Source: Candidatus Hydrogenedentota bacterium
GTDB taxonomy: Bacteria; Hydrogenedentota; Hydrogenedentia; Hydrogenedentales; SLHB01
Direction of reading: 5' to 3'
DNA length: 64,000 nucleotides
NCBI GenBank assembly: GCA_963668025.2
Contig: CAXXTH010000017.1
Coordinates: 512,001 to 576,000, forward strand
Part shown: positions 18,936 through 29,700 of the stretch, in pieces
Layout of the letters: every line of letters begins with the position of its first letter
Position numbering within the stretch: position 1 is the first letter of the stretch
Translations under genes and position numbers: made by a program
The notes under the pieces: model-generated
Seen by the model: only the letters and a program-made list of their open reading frames with translations
Database searches by the model: none
What the model was told of the DNA's origin: nothing

Positions 18936-19988
18936 ATGCGGTTCGAGTCGCCATACGCCTTCCTGCTGCTTCTACTGATTCCGGCGCTGCTCTATTGGAA
19001 CCTGCGCCAGCGTGGCCCTACCCTGCGCTTATCGAGCCTCATGCATGCGCGCGCGGCGGGTTATTCGTTACGCCAGCATTTCGCGCGCATGCCGCTGCTG
19101 GTGCGCGTCCTTGCGCTTGTGTTGTTCATCATCGCCCTCGCCCGCCCGCAAGAAGGCCGCGAACGCGTACAAGATGTGAGCGAAGGCATCGCCATCATGA
19201 TGGTGGCGGATCGCTCGGGCAGCATGGGTGAGGAGATGGATTACCACGGCCAGGCCATGACTAAAATTGATGTGGTGAAGAAGGTCTTCGCGCAATTCCT
19301 GTTTGGCGGCCAAGACGGGCTCGAAGGCCGCCCAAACGACCTGGTGGGCCTCGTGTCTTTCGCGCGCTACGCGGACACCAACTGCCCGCTGACCTTAGGC
19401 CATAGCGTGCTGGCGCATCTGCTCGAACGCGTTGAGCTTCCCCAAACGCGTGAAGAAGACGGCACGGCCATCGGCGACGCCATGGCCCTTGCGGCGGCGC
19501 GCTTGAAAACCGCCGAAGATGAAATGAAAGAAGAGCGCAAGCTCAAAGGCGACGCCTACCGCATTAAAAGCAAAATCATGATTCTACTGACGGACGGCCA
19601 GAATAACCGGGGCGAGCGCCAGCCCATGGAGGCCGCCGCATTGGCCGCTGAATGGGGCATCAAAGTGTACGCCATCGGCGTGGGCGGCGGAGGCGGCGTC
19701 GTCATGAATACGCCCCTCGGGCCGATCCGAATGGGCGGCGGCGCGGGATTTGACGAAGACACTTTAAAAGCCATCGCCACCAAGACGGGCGGCCAATACT
19801 TCCGCGCCAATGACGGCGAAGCCTTGAGCCAGGTATACGAAACCATCGGCCAGCTCGAAAAGAGCGAAATCCATGCGGAACGCTATCTCGATTACCGTGA
19901 ATGGTTCGCCCCATTCGCCGTAGCGGGGCTGCTTTTACTCGCCTTCGAGATATTCCTGAGTTGCACCGTGTTCCGGAGGGTTCCGTGA
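18936..19988 (+). CDS. batA: BatA-like VWA domain membrane protein
   Basis: MRFESP..LLLL BatA N-terminus, ALARPQ, MIDAS DRSGSM, GTAIGDA, LLTDG. Confidence 0.88.
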   Translation: MRFESPYAFLLLLLIPALLYWNLRQRGPTLRLSSLMHARAAGYSLRQHFARMPLLVRVLALVLFIIALARPQEGRERVQDVSEGIAIMMVADRSGSMGEEMDYHGQAMTKIDVVKKVFAQFLFGGQDGLEGRPNDLVGLVSFARYADTNCPLTLGHSVLAHLLERVELPQTREEDGTAIGDAMALAAARLKTAEDEMKEERKLKGDAYRIKSKIMILLTDGQNNRGERQPMEAAALAAEWGIKVYAIGVGGGGGVVMNTPLGPIRMGGGAGFDEDTLKAIATKTGGQYFRANDGEALSQVYETIGQLEKSEIHAERYLDYREWFAPFAVAGLLLLAFEIFLSCTVFRRVP

Positions 19989-21007
19989 TGGACGCGCGGT
20001 TATACCATGTCGAAATGCTCTTTCACCTTTGGGCGCTCCCCATATTGGCGGGATTTTTTATTTATGCCGCCCATCGACGCCACATCCATACGCGCCGCTT
20101 CGCCGAGGCAGGCCTGCTGCCCCAATTGAATCCCGCGTCAAGCCGCGCGCGCCGCGCATGGAAGGCAGTGCTGATTCTGGCCGCTGCGGCGCTCACGGTG
20201 CTGGCGCTGGCGCGGCCCGCGTGGAATCCCAAGCCGAAGGATGTACAGAGTTCGGGGCGCGATGTGGTTTTCGTGGTGGATGTATCGCGCAGCATGCTCG
20301 CCGAAGACTTGGCCCCGAGCCGGCTGGGACGGGCGAAAATGGCTATCTTGGACTGCCTGGATAAACTCAACGGGGACCGCGTGGGCCTGGTGGCCTTTGC
20401 GGGGACCGCCGTGGCCGAGTGCCCGCTGACCCTCGATTACGGTTTCCTGCGCGGGGCCGTCGAACGCATGTCGCCCAATGACGTGCCGCGCGGCGGCACG
20501 CTGCTCGGCGACGCCGTGCGCATGGCGTTGAAAGAAGTATTCGATGGCCAGCAAAAGGCGTATAAAGACCTTGTCTTGATTACCGACGGCGAAGACCATG
20601 AGAGCCTGCCTGTCGAAGCGGCGCAAAAAGCCGCCGAGGAGGGAGTCCGCATTATCGCGATTGGCTTGGGCGATGAAAACCAGGGAAAACGTATCCCCAT
20701 CACCGACGAGTCTGGACAGCAGAAATTCCTGACGTACAACGGCCAGGAAGTGTGGTCGAAGCTCGACGCGGACACCTTGCGCAAAATGGCCGAAGCCACG
20801 CCGGGCGGGAAATACCTGAATGTAGCCACCGGCGCATTTGACCTTGGCGCCATTTACGAGTCGCTCATCGCCTCGGCGGAAAAGACTCAATTTGAAGCAA
20901 AGACCATGACCGTGTATGAAGAGAAGTTCCAGGTCTTCCTGGGCATGGCGTTTGCCCTTGTATGCATCGAGATGCTGGTGAGCGATAGAAGGCGCTTGAG
21001 AACATGA
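19988..21007 (+). CDS. batB: BatB-like VWA domain membrane protein
   Basis: ALARP, VDVSRSMLAEDLAPSRL, DRVGLVAFAG, PLTLD, LITDGEDH; ATG at 19988 overlaps batA stop. Confidence 0.88.
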   Translation: MDARLYHVEMLFHLWALPILAGFFIYAAHRRHIHTRRFAEAGLLPQLNPASSRARRAWKAVLILAAAALTVLALARPAWNPKPKDVQSSGRDVVFVVDVSRSMLAEDLAPSRLGRAKMAILDCLDKLNGDRVGLVAFAGTAVAECPLTLDYGFLRGAVERMSPNDVPRGGTLLGDAVRMALKEVFDGQQKAYKDLVLITDGEDHESLPVEAAQKAAEEGVRIIAIGLGDENQGKRIPITDESGQQKFLTYNGQEVWSKLDADTLRKMAEATPGGKYLNVATGAFDLGAIYESLIASAEKTQFEAKTMTVYEEKFQVFLGMAFALVCIEMLVSDRRRLRT

Positions 21008-22203
21008 TGAAGCGTTTCATATATGGAGCCGCTTTAGGGCTTATACTGGCCGCCGCGAGTGCGCATGCCGATTCGGTGCGCGCCCTCGTATCGCAGGGAA
21101 ACCGCGATATCGCGGAAGGGAAATTTAGCGAAGCCCTCGAAGCGTATAACCAGGCCGCCGCATCCACCCCTGAAGCGCCGGAGGCCCCTTTCAACCAAGG
21201 TGTCGCGTATTACCATCTCGGACAATTCGACAAAGCCAAGGACGCTTTCGAGCAAGCCGCCATCCGGGCGAAAGACCCGTCGCTGCAAGCCCGCTGTGAA
21301 TATAATCTCGGCAACACGGCCTACCGCGCGTCGCAAGCGCAAAAAGACCCGAAAGAAGCCCTCGGCCAGCTTGGCCAAGGCGTCCGGCATTTTCAGAATG
21401 CCCTGGCGGCGGATCCGTCTCTCGCGGACGCGGCGCACAACATTGAAGTGTCGCGCATGGCCATGCAAGCTATCCTCGAAGAAATGAAAAAACAACAGGA
21501 ACAACAGCAGAAGCAGCAAGAGCAACAGCAGCAAATGCAGGATAAGCTGGATAACCTCATTAACCAGCAGCAGCAGAATAACCAAAATACGCAACAGGCC
21601 GCCCAGGAACAGCAACCTCAAGAACAGCCTCAAAACGGGCAGAACAACGAACAGCAAAATCCCGAACAACAACAGGCGCAGGGACAGCAGCAACAACAGG
21701 CGCAGGAACTTGCGAACCAGCAGCAGCAAACACGCCAGCAAACCGAAGAGTTGTCCAAGGAAATGAGCCAGCAACAACAGCCTTCTCCCGCGGAACAGGC
21801 GAAAGAGCATGTGGATAACGCCGCGCAACAGCAGCAAACAGCCGAAGAGCAGTTGCGCAACCAACAGCTTGACGCCGCACAGCAGGCCCAGCAAAAAGCT
21901 TTGGATGAGTTGCAGGAAGCTAAGAAAGCCATGGGCCAGAATCAAGAACAGCAGAAACAGGATGAACAACAAGACGGCCAGAAGCAGCAGCAAGGCCAGC
22001 AAGAACAACAGCAATCATCGCAGCAAAGCCAGCAGGAACAAGATGCGCAACAGGCCCAGCAAGGCAGTGCTGAGCCTGATATGAATGCACAGCCGCCCGA
22101 TGAAACGGCGCAGGAAATCCTGCGGGAAGAACAGCAAAACCAACAGCAGCGCAATCAAATGAATGTACAAGGCGGGAATCAACCCGTGGATAAGGACTGG
22201 TAA
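21004..22203 (+). CDS. batC: BatC-like TPR protein with Gln-rich linker
   Basis: Signal peptide, TPRs (FNQGVAYY, YNLGNTAY), long Q-rich tract, C-terminal VDKDW. Confidence 0.85.
   Translation: MMKRFIYGAALGLILAAASAHADSVRALVSQGNRDIAEGKFSEALEAYNQAAASTPEAPEAPFNQGVAYYHLGQFDKAKDAFEQAAIRAKDPSLQARCEYNLGNTAYRASQAQKDPKEALGQLGQGVRHFQNALAADPSLADAAHNIEVSRMAMQAILEEMKKQQEQQQKQQEQQQQMQDKLDNLINQQQQNNQNTQQAAQEQQPQEQPQNGQNNEQQNPEQQQAQGQQQQQAQELANQQQQTRQQTEELSKEMSQQQQPSPAEQAKEHVDNAAQQQQTAEEQLRNQQLDAAQQAQQKALDELQEAKKAMGQNQEQQKQDEQQDGQKQQQGQQEQQQSSQQSQQEQDAQQAQQGSAEPDMNAQPPDETAQEILREEQQNQQQRNQMNVQGGNQPVDKDW
21490..22150 (+). repeat. Low-complexity CAA/CAG (poly-Gln) coding tract
   Basis: Dense CAG/CAA codons within batC. 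Confidence 0.85.
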
Positions 22204-22209
22204 AACGCC

Positions 22210-24066
22210 ATGTGGGTGTGGAATAAAACGATATGGACGCTTGCCGCCGCCATGGCGATATGCGCGGCGGCCATAAGCGCCCACGCCCAGCAAGCAGGCG
22301 TCACCGCACAGGTGGACAAAAACGAGGTGGCGCTGGGCGAACCGTTGCTCTTGACGCTCGATGTCGAGGGCGCGGACGCCATCCAGCCGCCGGATCTATC
22401 GCGTTTGGAGGGTTTCGCTGTTCAATATAATGGCGGCCAGCGGAACAGCGGCACATCGGTGACCATCGTCAATGGCCAGATGAGCCGAGTGGTCCGGCGT
22501 GGCTATGTGATGCAGTACCGCCTCACGCCCCAACGAAAAGGCGAGCTGTCCATACCGTCCATCTCCGTGGAAATAGACGGCGCGGCCTTCTCGACGGAGC
22601 CCATTAGCATCCATGTGGGCGAGCCGCAGCAAACCAACGAATCGAAATTCGATGTCACACTCTCCAAAACGCAATGCTATGCGGGCGAGCCGGTCGTCCT
22701 CACCGCCACCTGGTATTTCGCATCCAGCGCGCGCAATGTGACCTTCTCGATGCCGGTTCTGGAAGATAAACGGCTCCTTCAAGAAGACATGCCGCTCGAT
22801 CCCCATGCCAAACATCCGATTGAGGTGGAGATCGGTTCGGTGCGCGTTGTCGGCGAGCAAGGCCAAGTGCAAATCAATGGCCGTGTGTACGGCGCATTGC
22901 GTTTTCAACGCGTTATTATTCCTCCCGAGCCCGGCGAATACCGGTTCTCGCCTGCGACGGCGGCCGCGGAATTGCTCACCAATGAGCGGCGTCCGCGCAG
23001 CCCTTTCGATGATTTTTTTAATGACGCGTTTTCTGAAGGAGGCACATACCGCACGTATGTCGCCACTTCAGAACCATTGGCGCTCACGGTGCTGCCGCTG
23101 CCCGCTGAAGGCCGCCCCGATAATTTCACGGGGTTGGTGGGGGAATATGCGATTAGCGCGAGCGCCCGGCCCACGGAAGCCAACGTGGGCGACCCTATCA
23201 CGCTGTCCGTGCATCTGAGCGGACCGGAATTTCTCGGCAGGGCGGAGCTGCCTTCCCTGGAAAAACAGCCCGAGTTCACCGCTCAATTTCAAATCCCTAA
23301 AGACCATTCGCCCGGCGTTATCGAGAATGGCGTGAAAACCTTCACCCAAACCATCCGGCCTATGAACGCGGAGATTACGGCAATACCGCCGATACGCATT
23401 AGCTTTTTCGATACCAAGACGGGAACCTACCAAACAGCCGAGACCGCACCGATTCCCATCACCGTGCATCCCGCAAAAGTATTGACGGCGGAGGACGTGG
23501 AAGGCCATGACGGAGGGCGCATCCGCAACGAATTAACCGCCTCGCGCGAAGGCATCGCCCACAATTACGAAGGCCCTTCGGTGCTGGCCAATCAGGCCTA
23601 TGGCATGGAGCTCTGGCTTCGTTCCCCCCTATGGATGGCATTGGCGGGCGGGCCGCCGCTGGCTTGGCTCATACTTGCCTTGGGCGCATTTCTGGCGCGC
23701 AGGCGCTGGGCCAGTCCAGAACGCCTTCGCGAACGCCGCGCCTACGGCGATTTCGCGGCGGCCATGCGCAAACTCAAAAAAGCGCCGGGCGGCGCATCGC
23801 CGTACGCGGGCCTGCATGAGGCATTGCGCGCCTACTTGGGCGCGAAGCTGAGAGCCGCCGCTGCTGCGCTGACGTATAACGATGTCCGTGAGCCGTTGCG
23901 GGCTAAAGGCGCAAGCGACGCCGCGCTCGATGCCTTGAAGGCCATCCTTGCGGAATGTGAGGCCCATCAATACGCGGGCGGACATACGGCGGAGTCAAGC
24001 GCCGGCTCCGTGCTGACGCGGGCGCTGGATGTGGTGAAAGCCATCGAAAAGGAGGCAGGCCGATGA
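22210..24066 (+). CDS. batD: BatD-like protein
   Basis: Signal peptide, IVNG, V.PLP..GRP.NFTGLVG, C-terminal TM; cluster position. Confidence 0.85.
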   Translation: MWVWNKTIWTLAAAMAICAAAISAHAQQAGVTAQVDKNEVALGEPLLLTLDVEGADAIQPPDLSRLEGFAVQYNGGQRNSGTSVTIVNGQMSRVVRRGYVMQYRLTPQRKGELSIPSISVEIDGAAFSTEPISIHVGEPQQTNESKFDVTLSKTQCYAGEPVVLTATWYFASSARNVTFSMPVLEDKRLLQEDMPLDPHAKHPIEVEIGSVRVVGEQGQVQINGRVYGALRFQRVIIPPEPGEYRFSPATAAAELLTNERRPRSPFDDFFNDAFSEGGTYRTYVATSEPLALTVLPLPAEGRPDNFTGLVGEYAISASARPTEANVGDPITLSVHLSGPEFLGRAELPSLEKQPEFTAQFQIPKDHSPGVIENGVKTFTQTIRPMNAEITAIPPIRISFFDTKTGTYQTAETAPIPITVHPAKVLTAEDVEGHDGGRIRNELTASREGIAHNYEGPSVLANQAYGMELWLRSPLWMALAGGPPLAWLILALGAFLARRRWASPERLRERRAYGDFAAAMRKLKKAPGGASPYAGLHEALRAYLGAKLRAAAAALTYNDVREPLRAKGASDAALDALKAILAECEAHQYAGGHTAESSAGSVLTRALDVVKAIEKEAGR

Positions 24067-24920
24067 ATGCGATGCGCCTATTCATCCTGCTGGCCTTAGC
24101 CGGTTTATCCACGCTAAGCGGCGCCGCTTATGCAGCCATGCCGCCCGACCCAGCGGAGCTTGACGCCACGCTGTCGGAAGCCAACAGCCTATTCGAACAA
24201 GCCAACGCCCAGGTGTCTGCCGCGCCTGACGCGGCAAAAGAGCTATATAAAAAAGCGATATTGAGATACGAGCGCCTGGCCCAGGAAGGCGGCGTGCGCA
24301 ATGGGAAACTGTATTATAACTTAGGCAACGCCTATTTCCTCTCGGGCGATATCGGCCGGGCCATGCTCAATTATCTTCGGGCGCGGCAATACATTCCCAA
24401 TGACTCGAATCTTCTCCAAAACCTGGCCTATGTGCGCAACCAGCGGGCCGATGCCATCCAGGAACCCGAACGCGCGCGCGTATTGCAAACGATTTTCTTC
24501 TGGCATTACGACTTGTCCGCCAAAACCCGCATGTGTACGTTCATCGTGTTTTTCATGTTGTTGTGGACCGCCGCCGCATTGCGCCTCTTCATCCGGCGAA
24601 CGGCGTTGCACTACGCCATCGGCATCACCGCCGTATTCAGCTTGCTGTTCTTTTGTTCTCTCGCCGCCGAGGCCGTATCCCAATTGAAAGACGCCACGGG
24701 CGTGATTATGCCCGATGAAACCGTGGCGCGGATGGGCAATGGCGAATCCTACCAGCCGGCGTTCAAAGAGCCCCTCCACGCGGGTACGGAATTTCAACTC
24801 GAGGAAGTGCGCGGCGATTGGCATCGCATCGAGCTTCGGGACGGGCGTTCCTGCTGGATACCCGCCTCCGCGGCGGAATTGGTGCGGCCCGAAAAACGCG
24901 GTGCGAAAACCGTCGAGTAA
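24063..24920 (+). CDS. batE: BatE-like TPR/SH3 protein
   Basis: LYYNLGNAYF..G.IGRA.LNY.RA, two TMs, LHAGTEF...GDW..I.L.DG...WI. Confidence 0.85.
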   Translation: MNAMRLFILLALAGLSTLSGAAYAAMPPDPAELDATLSEANSLFEQANAQVSAAPDAAKELYKKAILRYERLAQEGGVRNGKLYYNLGNAYFLSGDIGRAMLNYLRARQYIPNDSNLLQNLAYVRNQRADAIQEPERARVLQTIFFWHYDLSAKTRMCTFIVFFMLLWTAAALRLFIRRTALHYAIGITAVFSLLFFCSLAAEAVSQLKDATGVIMPDETVARMGNGESYQPAFKEPLHAGTEFQLEEVRGDWHRIELRDGRSCWIPASAAELVRPEKRGAKTVE

Positions 24921-25041
24921 GATAACACGGAACACTTTAGCTATCAGAAGCAAAATAACCGTTGTGGTTTAGTTTTATATTACTATATGCTACCTTTCGC
25001 AAAATATTCGAAGATTTTGGAACGAGCGATAATGCAGACGG

Positions 25042-25301
25042 ACACAGCGCAGCTTTTCCGCAACCAAAGCGGCTGAAATTTGTAGGATGGGGCTGGCCCC
25101 ACCGCTCAAGGAATACGCCTATATAGTCCCGACATAACTATTTGATATGCATAGAACTGAAATCATATCAAATAGTTACGGTATTCATTTTCTCGTGTGC
25201 CGTTGTAGGGGCGCACCGCCCTGATCTGTGGGGCAAGCCCCACCCTACAATTTTTAGTGTATTAAGTGGTTCATGAATTCGGATCTTGTGAATCTTGTCC
25301 A
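25042..25301. repeat. REPIN-like composite: inverted GTAG-type REP pair, inner 15-bp hairpin, flanking modules
   Basis: 25077-25102 vs reverse complement of 25228-25253 (23/26); perfect IR TAACTATTTGATATG 25135-25149 / 25164-25178; module C at 25251-25270; partial module B at 25283-25301. Confidence 0.88.
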
Positions 25302-25389
25302 TACGCATTGCCCTTGCTTCAGGCGGCGATATCAAACTCCCGCATTGATTCTTTGTGAAGCCCAAGGCATCATAAACAGGGAGTTTTTT

Positions 25390-26190
25390 ATGAAAATGAG
25401 ATTTTCTACAAACGAGATGTTGCGTGGCTTCGAGCGCTGCATACTTGGTGCGAAGCAGGCCTGCGTGCGCTCTGATTATGCGCCGCTTATACGAGCGGCG
25501 CTATTTGATGGCGTGGGCTGTGAAGCGTGGAGTCCCGGTGGAGGGCGTGGGGCGTTATCGAGGTTTCCCCTTGGCGATGGCTGGGGTGTCGTGCGCCGGT
25601 ATAAGCGCGGCGGCGCGATGCGCTTGTTATCGCGTGACGCTTATCTATTCGGCAACCGCCCGCTGCACGAATTGGACATCCTCATCCGGCTGCATGCGTC
25701 CGGTTTGTTGGTCCCCGAACCGCTGGGCGCATGCTGGGAACGGCGGAACGGCCTCCTGCGCGGCGCACTGGCCACCCGCTGGGTGGACGCGGGTGATTTG
25801 GCCCATTTTGCCGCAAACCAGCCCGCCGGGACTGTTGAAGCCGCCGCACGCGAAGCCGGGCGCGCCATCCGGCGCTTGCATGATTTGGGCGTATTCCATG
25901 CCGATCTCAACATCCGCAACATCCTGGTGGGCGATGCGGGTGTGTACTTGATCGATTTCGACAAAGCCCGCGCATCGGCAGGTTTATCGCCATTGCAGCG
26001 CGCGCGAAATCTCTTGCGCCTGCGGCGCTCCATCGAAAAGCTGGGAATAGCATCTTCTGTTTTTATGGCTATATGCGGAGGATATGGCGCGGCTGATTTT
26101 CCGCCACTCCTGGAATGGGCATACCGCGCTAAAGGCAGATTAGCGGATACATTATCCCGGCGGAAGACTGTGAAAAACGTAATACTTTAG
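25390..26190 (+). CDS. Kdo/WaaP-family LPS kinase (KdkA-like)
   Basis: GGRG, VRRYKRGG, LHDLGVFHADLNIRNIL, YLIDFDKA, NLLRLRRSIEK; start uncertain (25390 or 25417). Confidence 0.85.
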   Translation: MKMRFSTNEMLRGFERCILGAKQACVRSDYAPLIRAALFDGVGCEAWSPGGGRGALSRFPLGDGWGVVRRYKRGGAMRLLSRDAYLFGNRPLHELDILIRLHASGLLVPEPLGACWERRNGLLRGALATRWVDAGDLAHFAANQPAGTVEAAAREAGRAIRRLHDLGVFHADLNIRNILVGDAGVYLIDFDKARASAGLSPLQRARNLLRLRRSIEKLGIASSVFMAICGGYGAADFPPLLEWAYRAKGRLADTLSRRKTVKNVIL

Positions 26191-26372
26191 CGGACTGAAG
26201 CAAGAGCTGTTTTTTTAGACATGATTTACATGATGAACAAGATTGGACATGCTCGCAAAAGTAATCAAAGGATGTGAAAGCTAATCGATGAAGCGCCCGA
26301 ACGCGTTTTTAGGGCAGCGAAATCACCATCAAAAAAATCTTGTCTCATCTTGTTAAATCATGTCTAAAAAAA
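26178..26372 (+). repeat. ~195-bp MITE-like element with module B terminal arms, copy 1
   Basis: Perfect 19-bp IR 26210-26228 / 26354-26372; whole length aligns with reverse complement of 46559-46752. Confidence 0.88.
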
Positions 26373-26719
26373 ACTAGCCCACCCATTGGGTGATAAAAAC
26401 TTTTCTGCGTTACGCCAAGTGTTCAATAGGCTAATTGTATAGGAACTGGCCTCAACGGTTTAATTTAGGCTTAAAAATCATCCCGATGCTTTTACCTCAG
26501 ATGGCTAAAGTGTTACATTCTTACAAAGATCACCCAGTTCCCTTATCTATTACTGTCACATTTATGCTCCCTAGCGTTAGCGCCTATCGCATCGGACGCT
26601 TACACTCATTGCCCGGCAATTTTTGTTCCCTTTAAAGAACATATGGTTGACGGCGGCTCTTTTTTAGCGGATACTACGCGAAGGTATATCCCTGTGTCGG
26701 GCTGGGAAAAGGTGTCTTC

Positions 26720-29700
26720 ATGTCTATAGAACGCCAAAAGACCAAGGCGGAATTAATAAAAGAGCTGGAAGCTCTTCGGCTGGAAAATGCCGAGTTGCGC
26801 GAGGCAGTGGCTCGTCCCACTCCCGCGGCGGAGGCATGGCGTAAAAGCGAAAGCCGGTTACGTGCGGTTTTCGACAACACTCCCATCTTTTTAGTGGTGG
26901 CGGACACAGCCGGCCATTTGGTTTATGCGAATCGTTATACGGTGCATTCGCTAGGATATCCTCTGGAAGAATTACTCGGCCTGGGCATCACGGACATTAT
27001 CCACGAAGAAGATCGGGAAGCAGTCCAAGACGCATTCCAGCGCGCCTTGCGGGGTGAAATCGCGGATTACCGCCTTGAGGAGCGGTTTGTCCGAAAAGAT
27101 GGCAGCTATTTCTGGGGCCTTCTTACCGGAACCTCGATATGCAATGAAGCCGGTGAAACCGTGTTGATAGCCGGATATGTGGCGGACATCACCGAACACC
27201 GCCGCATGGAATGGGCGCATCGCGACGCGGAGGGGCGGTTCCGCGCCTTATTCATGAACGCGCCGGTTTGTTTGCTCGAAGAAGATTTTAGCGCCGTACT
27301 GGACTGGTTCGCCACGCTTCGCGCCGATGGAGTGGATGCGTTGGAAGATTATCTGGGAGAGCATCCCGAAGCGGTGCGCCTTGCCGCTTCCATGGTGCGC
27401 ATCACCGACGCCAATGAAGCCACCAGGCGGCTATTCGAAGCAGATAGCCGCGAAGAGATACTCGGCCTGCTCGGTGATCATATGGAAGACGGATTTGATG
27501 CGTGTTTTGTAAATGAACTGCAAGCATTATGGGATGGGCGCATCCAGATCAACACCTCCTTTCACGGTAAAACCCGTAAAGGCGCTCCTATAGACTATGT
27601 GGTCATTTGGACGGCATTGACCAGTGAAGGCCGTCCGGATTTTTCACGTGTCATAGTGGCGATTCTAGACATATCCCAGCAACAGCGCATGGAGAACGCG
27701 TTGCGGGCAAGCCAGGAACGCTACCAGCACCTGCTGGAATCCATCAATGGCGTCATTTGGGAAATAGACCTGAACACGATGAAGGCCACTTATGTAAGCC
27801 CAAAAATCAAGGAAATCCTGGGCTTCACATGGGAAGAGTGCCAGGCGCTTGCTCATGAGCCGAAAAACGGCCTGTTCCCTGATGGACCTGAAACCGTGCT
27901 CGAAGCCATGAAACAAGCGTGCGAAAAAGGGCGTTCTTCCGAGATTGACTACCGCATGAGGACAGCCGATGGGCGTATCGTTTGGATACGCAACCACATA
28001 AGCCAGATAGATTGCACCCAGACTCCCCCCCTCGCCCATGGCATAATGACCGATGTCACTGATCGCAAATATATTGAAGACGCCTTACTGGAAAGTGAAG
28101 CGCAATATCGCAGCCTATTCGAGACTATGAGCCAGGGCGTCCTGTACCGTTCCGCCACGGGAGAACTCATTACGGCCAATCCCGCCGCCGTCGAATTCTT
28201 TGGCTTGACGAAAACGGAATTGTGTGAACATGCGTCCCTGGACCCCAAATGGATTTCCATCCATGAAGACGGTTCCGCGTTTTCACCCAATGAAATTCCG
28301 GGTATTGCCGCGCTCGAAACCGGCCAGCCCGTGCGCCATGTCGTCATCGGAATGTATAATCCCCGCGAACAACGCCATCACTGGGCGCTCGCCAGCGCAT
28401 TTCCCCAGTTCCGCCCAGGAGAAGACGCGCCATACCAAGCGTTCACGGTCTTCACCGATATTACCAAACTCAAACAAACGGAAGACGCCTTGCACGAAAG
28501 CCGTCGTAAACTCGAAACGCTGCTGGCGAATCTGCCCGGCCTCGCATACCGATGCCGGATCGACACGGAATGGACCATGGAGTTCGTGAGTGAGGGATGC
28601 CGGGCGCTGACGGGATATGAAGTGTCTGATTTATTAGGCAATCATACGGTGGCGTACAACGATATCATCCACCCAGATGATCGCGAATTCGTCCGGAATG
28701 AAACATTGCGGGCCGTGCAAGCCCAGGAGCCTTTCCTCTTGATGTATCGAATTCGCACGGCTCAAGGCGAAATCAAACAGGTATTTGAACGCGGCATCGC
28801 GGTCGGCGATGTCCCGAACAGGCCGGACGCGCTCGAAGGCTTTATTTCGGACATCAGCGAGCGCATGCAAGCGGAAGAAGACCGGCTCCAGCGGGAAAAG
28901 GAAGCGCACCAGTTCAGCGAACTGCTCAAGGCGCTGCTCGATGTAGGCAATACGCTCACCCGGGCCGCCTCCATGGATGACTTATGCCGGCAAGCCGTTG
29001 AATTGGGCCGGGAACGCCTCGGGTTCGACCGGCTGGCGATTTGGTTCTGGAATCCGCGAAGCCAGCGCTTGTCCGGCTCGTACGGCACGGATGCATACGG
29101 CCAGACGCGCGATGAACGTATGTGCTGGATAGCCGCCGATGGAAACGGCGTGCTGCAAAACCAAGACGGCAAAACGCTCCGAAGCCCCGGCCCCACTTCC
29201 ATTATCGAGCATCTGCGCTCACATACGGTGTACCGGTATCCCTTCTCCACGGATCTCCACCTCATTGAAGATGGCGGCGGCTTAGCCAAGCCTTGCTATG
29301 CCGGGCTTTGGAACGGCGAAGACATCATTGGCCTGCTTGCCATGGATAATGCCCTCTCCGGCGAGCCCATCACGAAAAATAACCTCCAGATTCTCGCCTT
29401 ATTCGCCTCCACTATTGGCCATCTATGCGCCCGCAAGCAAATCGAAGAGGAGCGCGAGAACCTCGAGGCGCAAGTGCGCCATGCCCAAAAACTCGAGAGC
29501 CTGGGCGTGTTAGCGGGCGGCATTGCCCATGATTTCAATAACTTGCTCATGGCGGTCTTGGGATATTCCGACCTTGCGCTCCAAGATATCCCCGCCGGTT
29601 CGGCAATCCGCCCGTATCTTGAAGAAATCGAGAAAGGCGCCAAGCGGGGCGCCGAACTCTCGACCTCGATGCTGGCTTATTCCGGGAAAGGCGCGGTCTC

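Noticed and set aside
21034-22014. Leu-rich 326 aa minus-strand ORF resembling a membrane protein
   Set aside because: Reverse complement of the CAG/CAA poly-Gln tract of batC.
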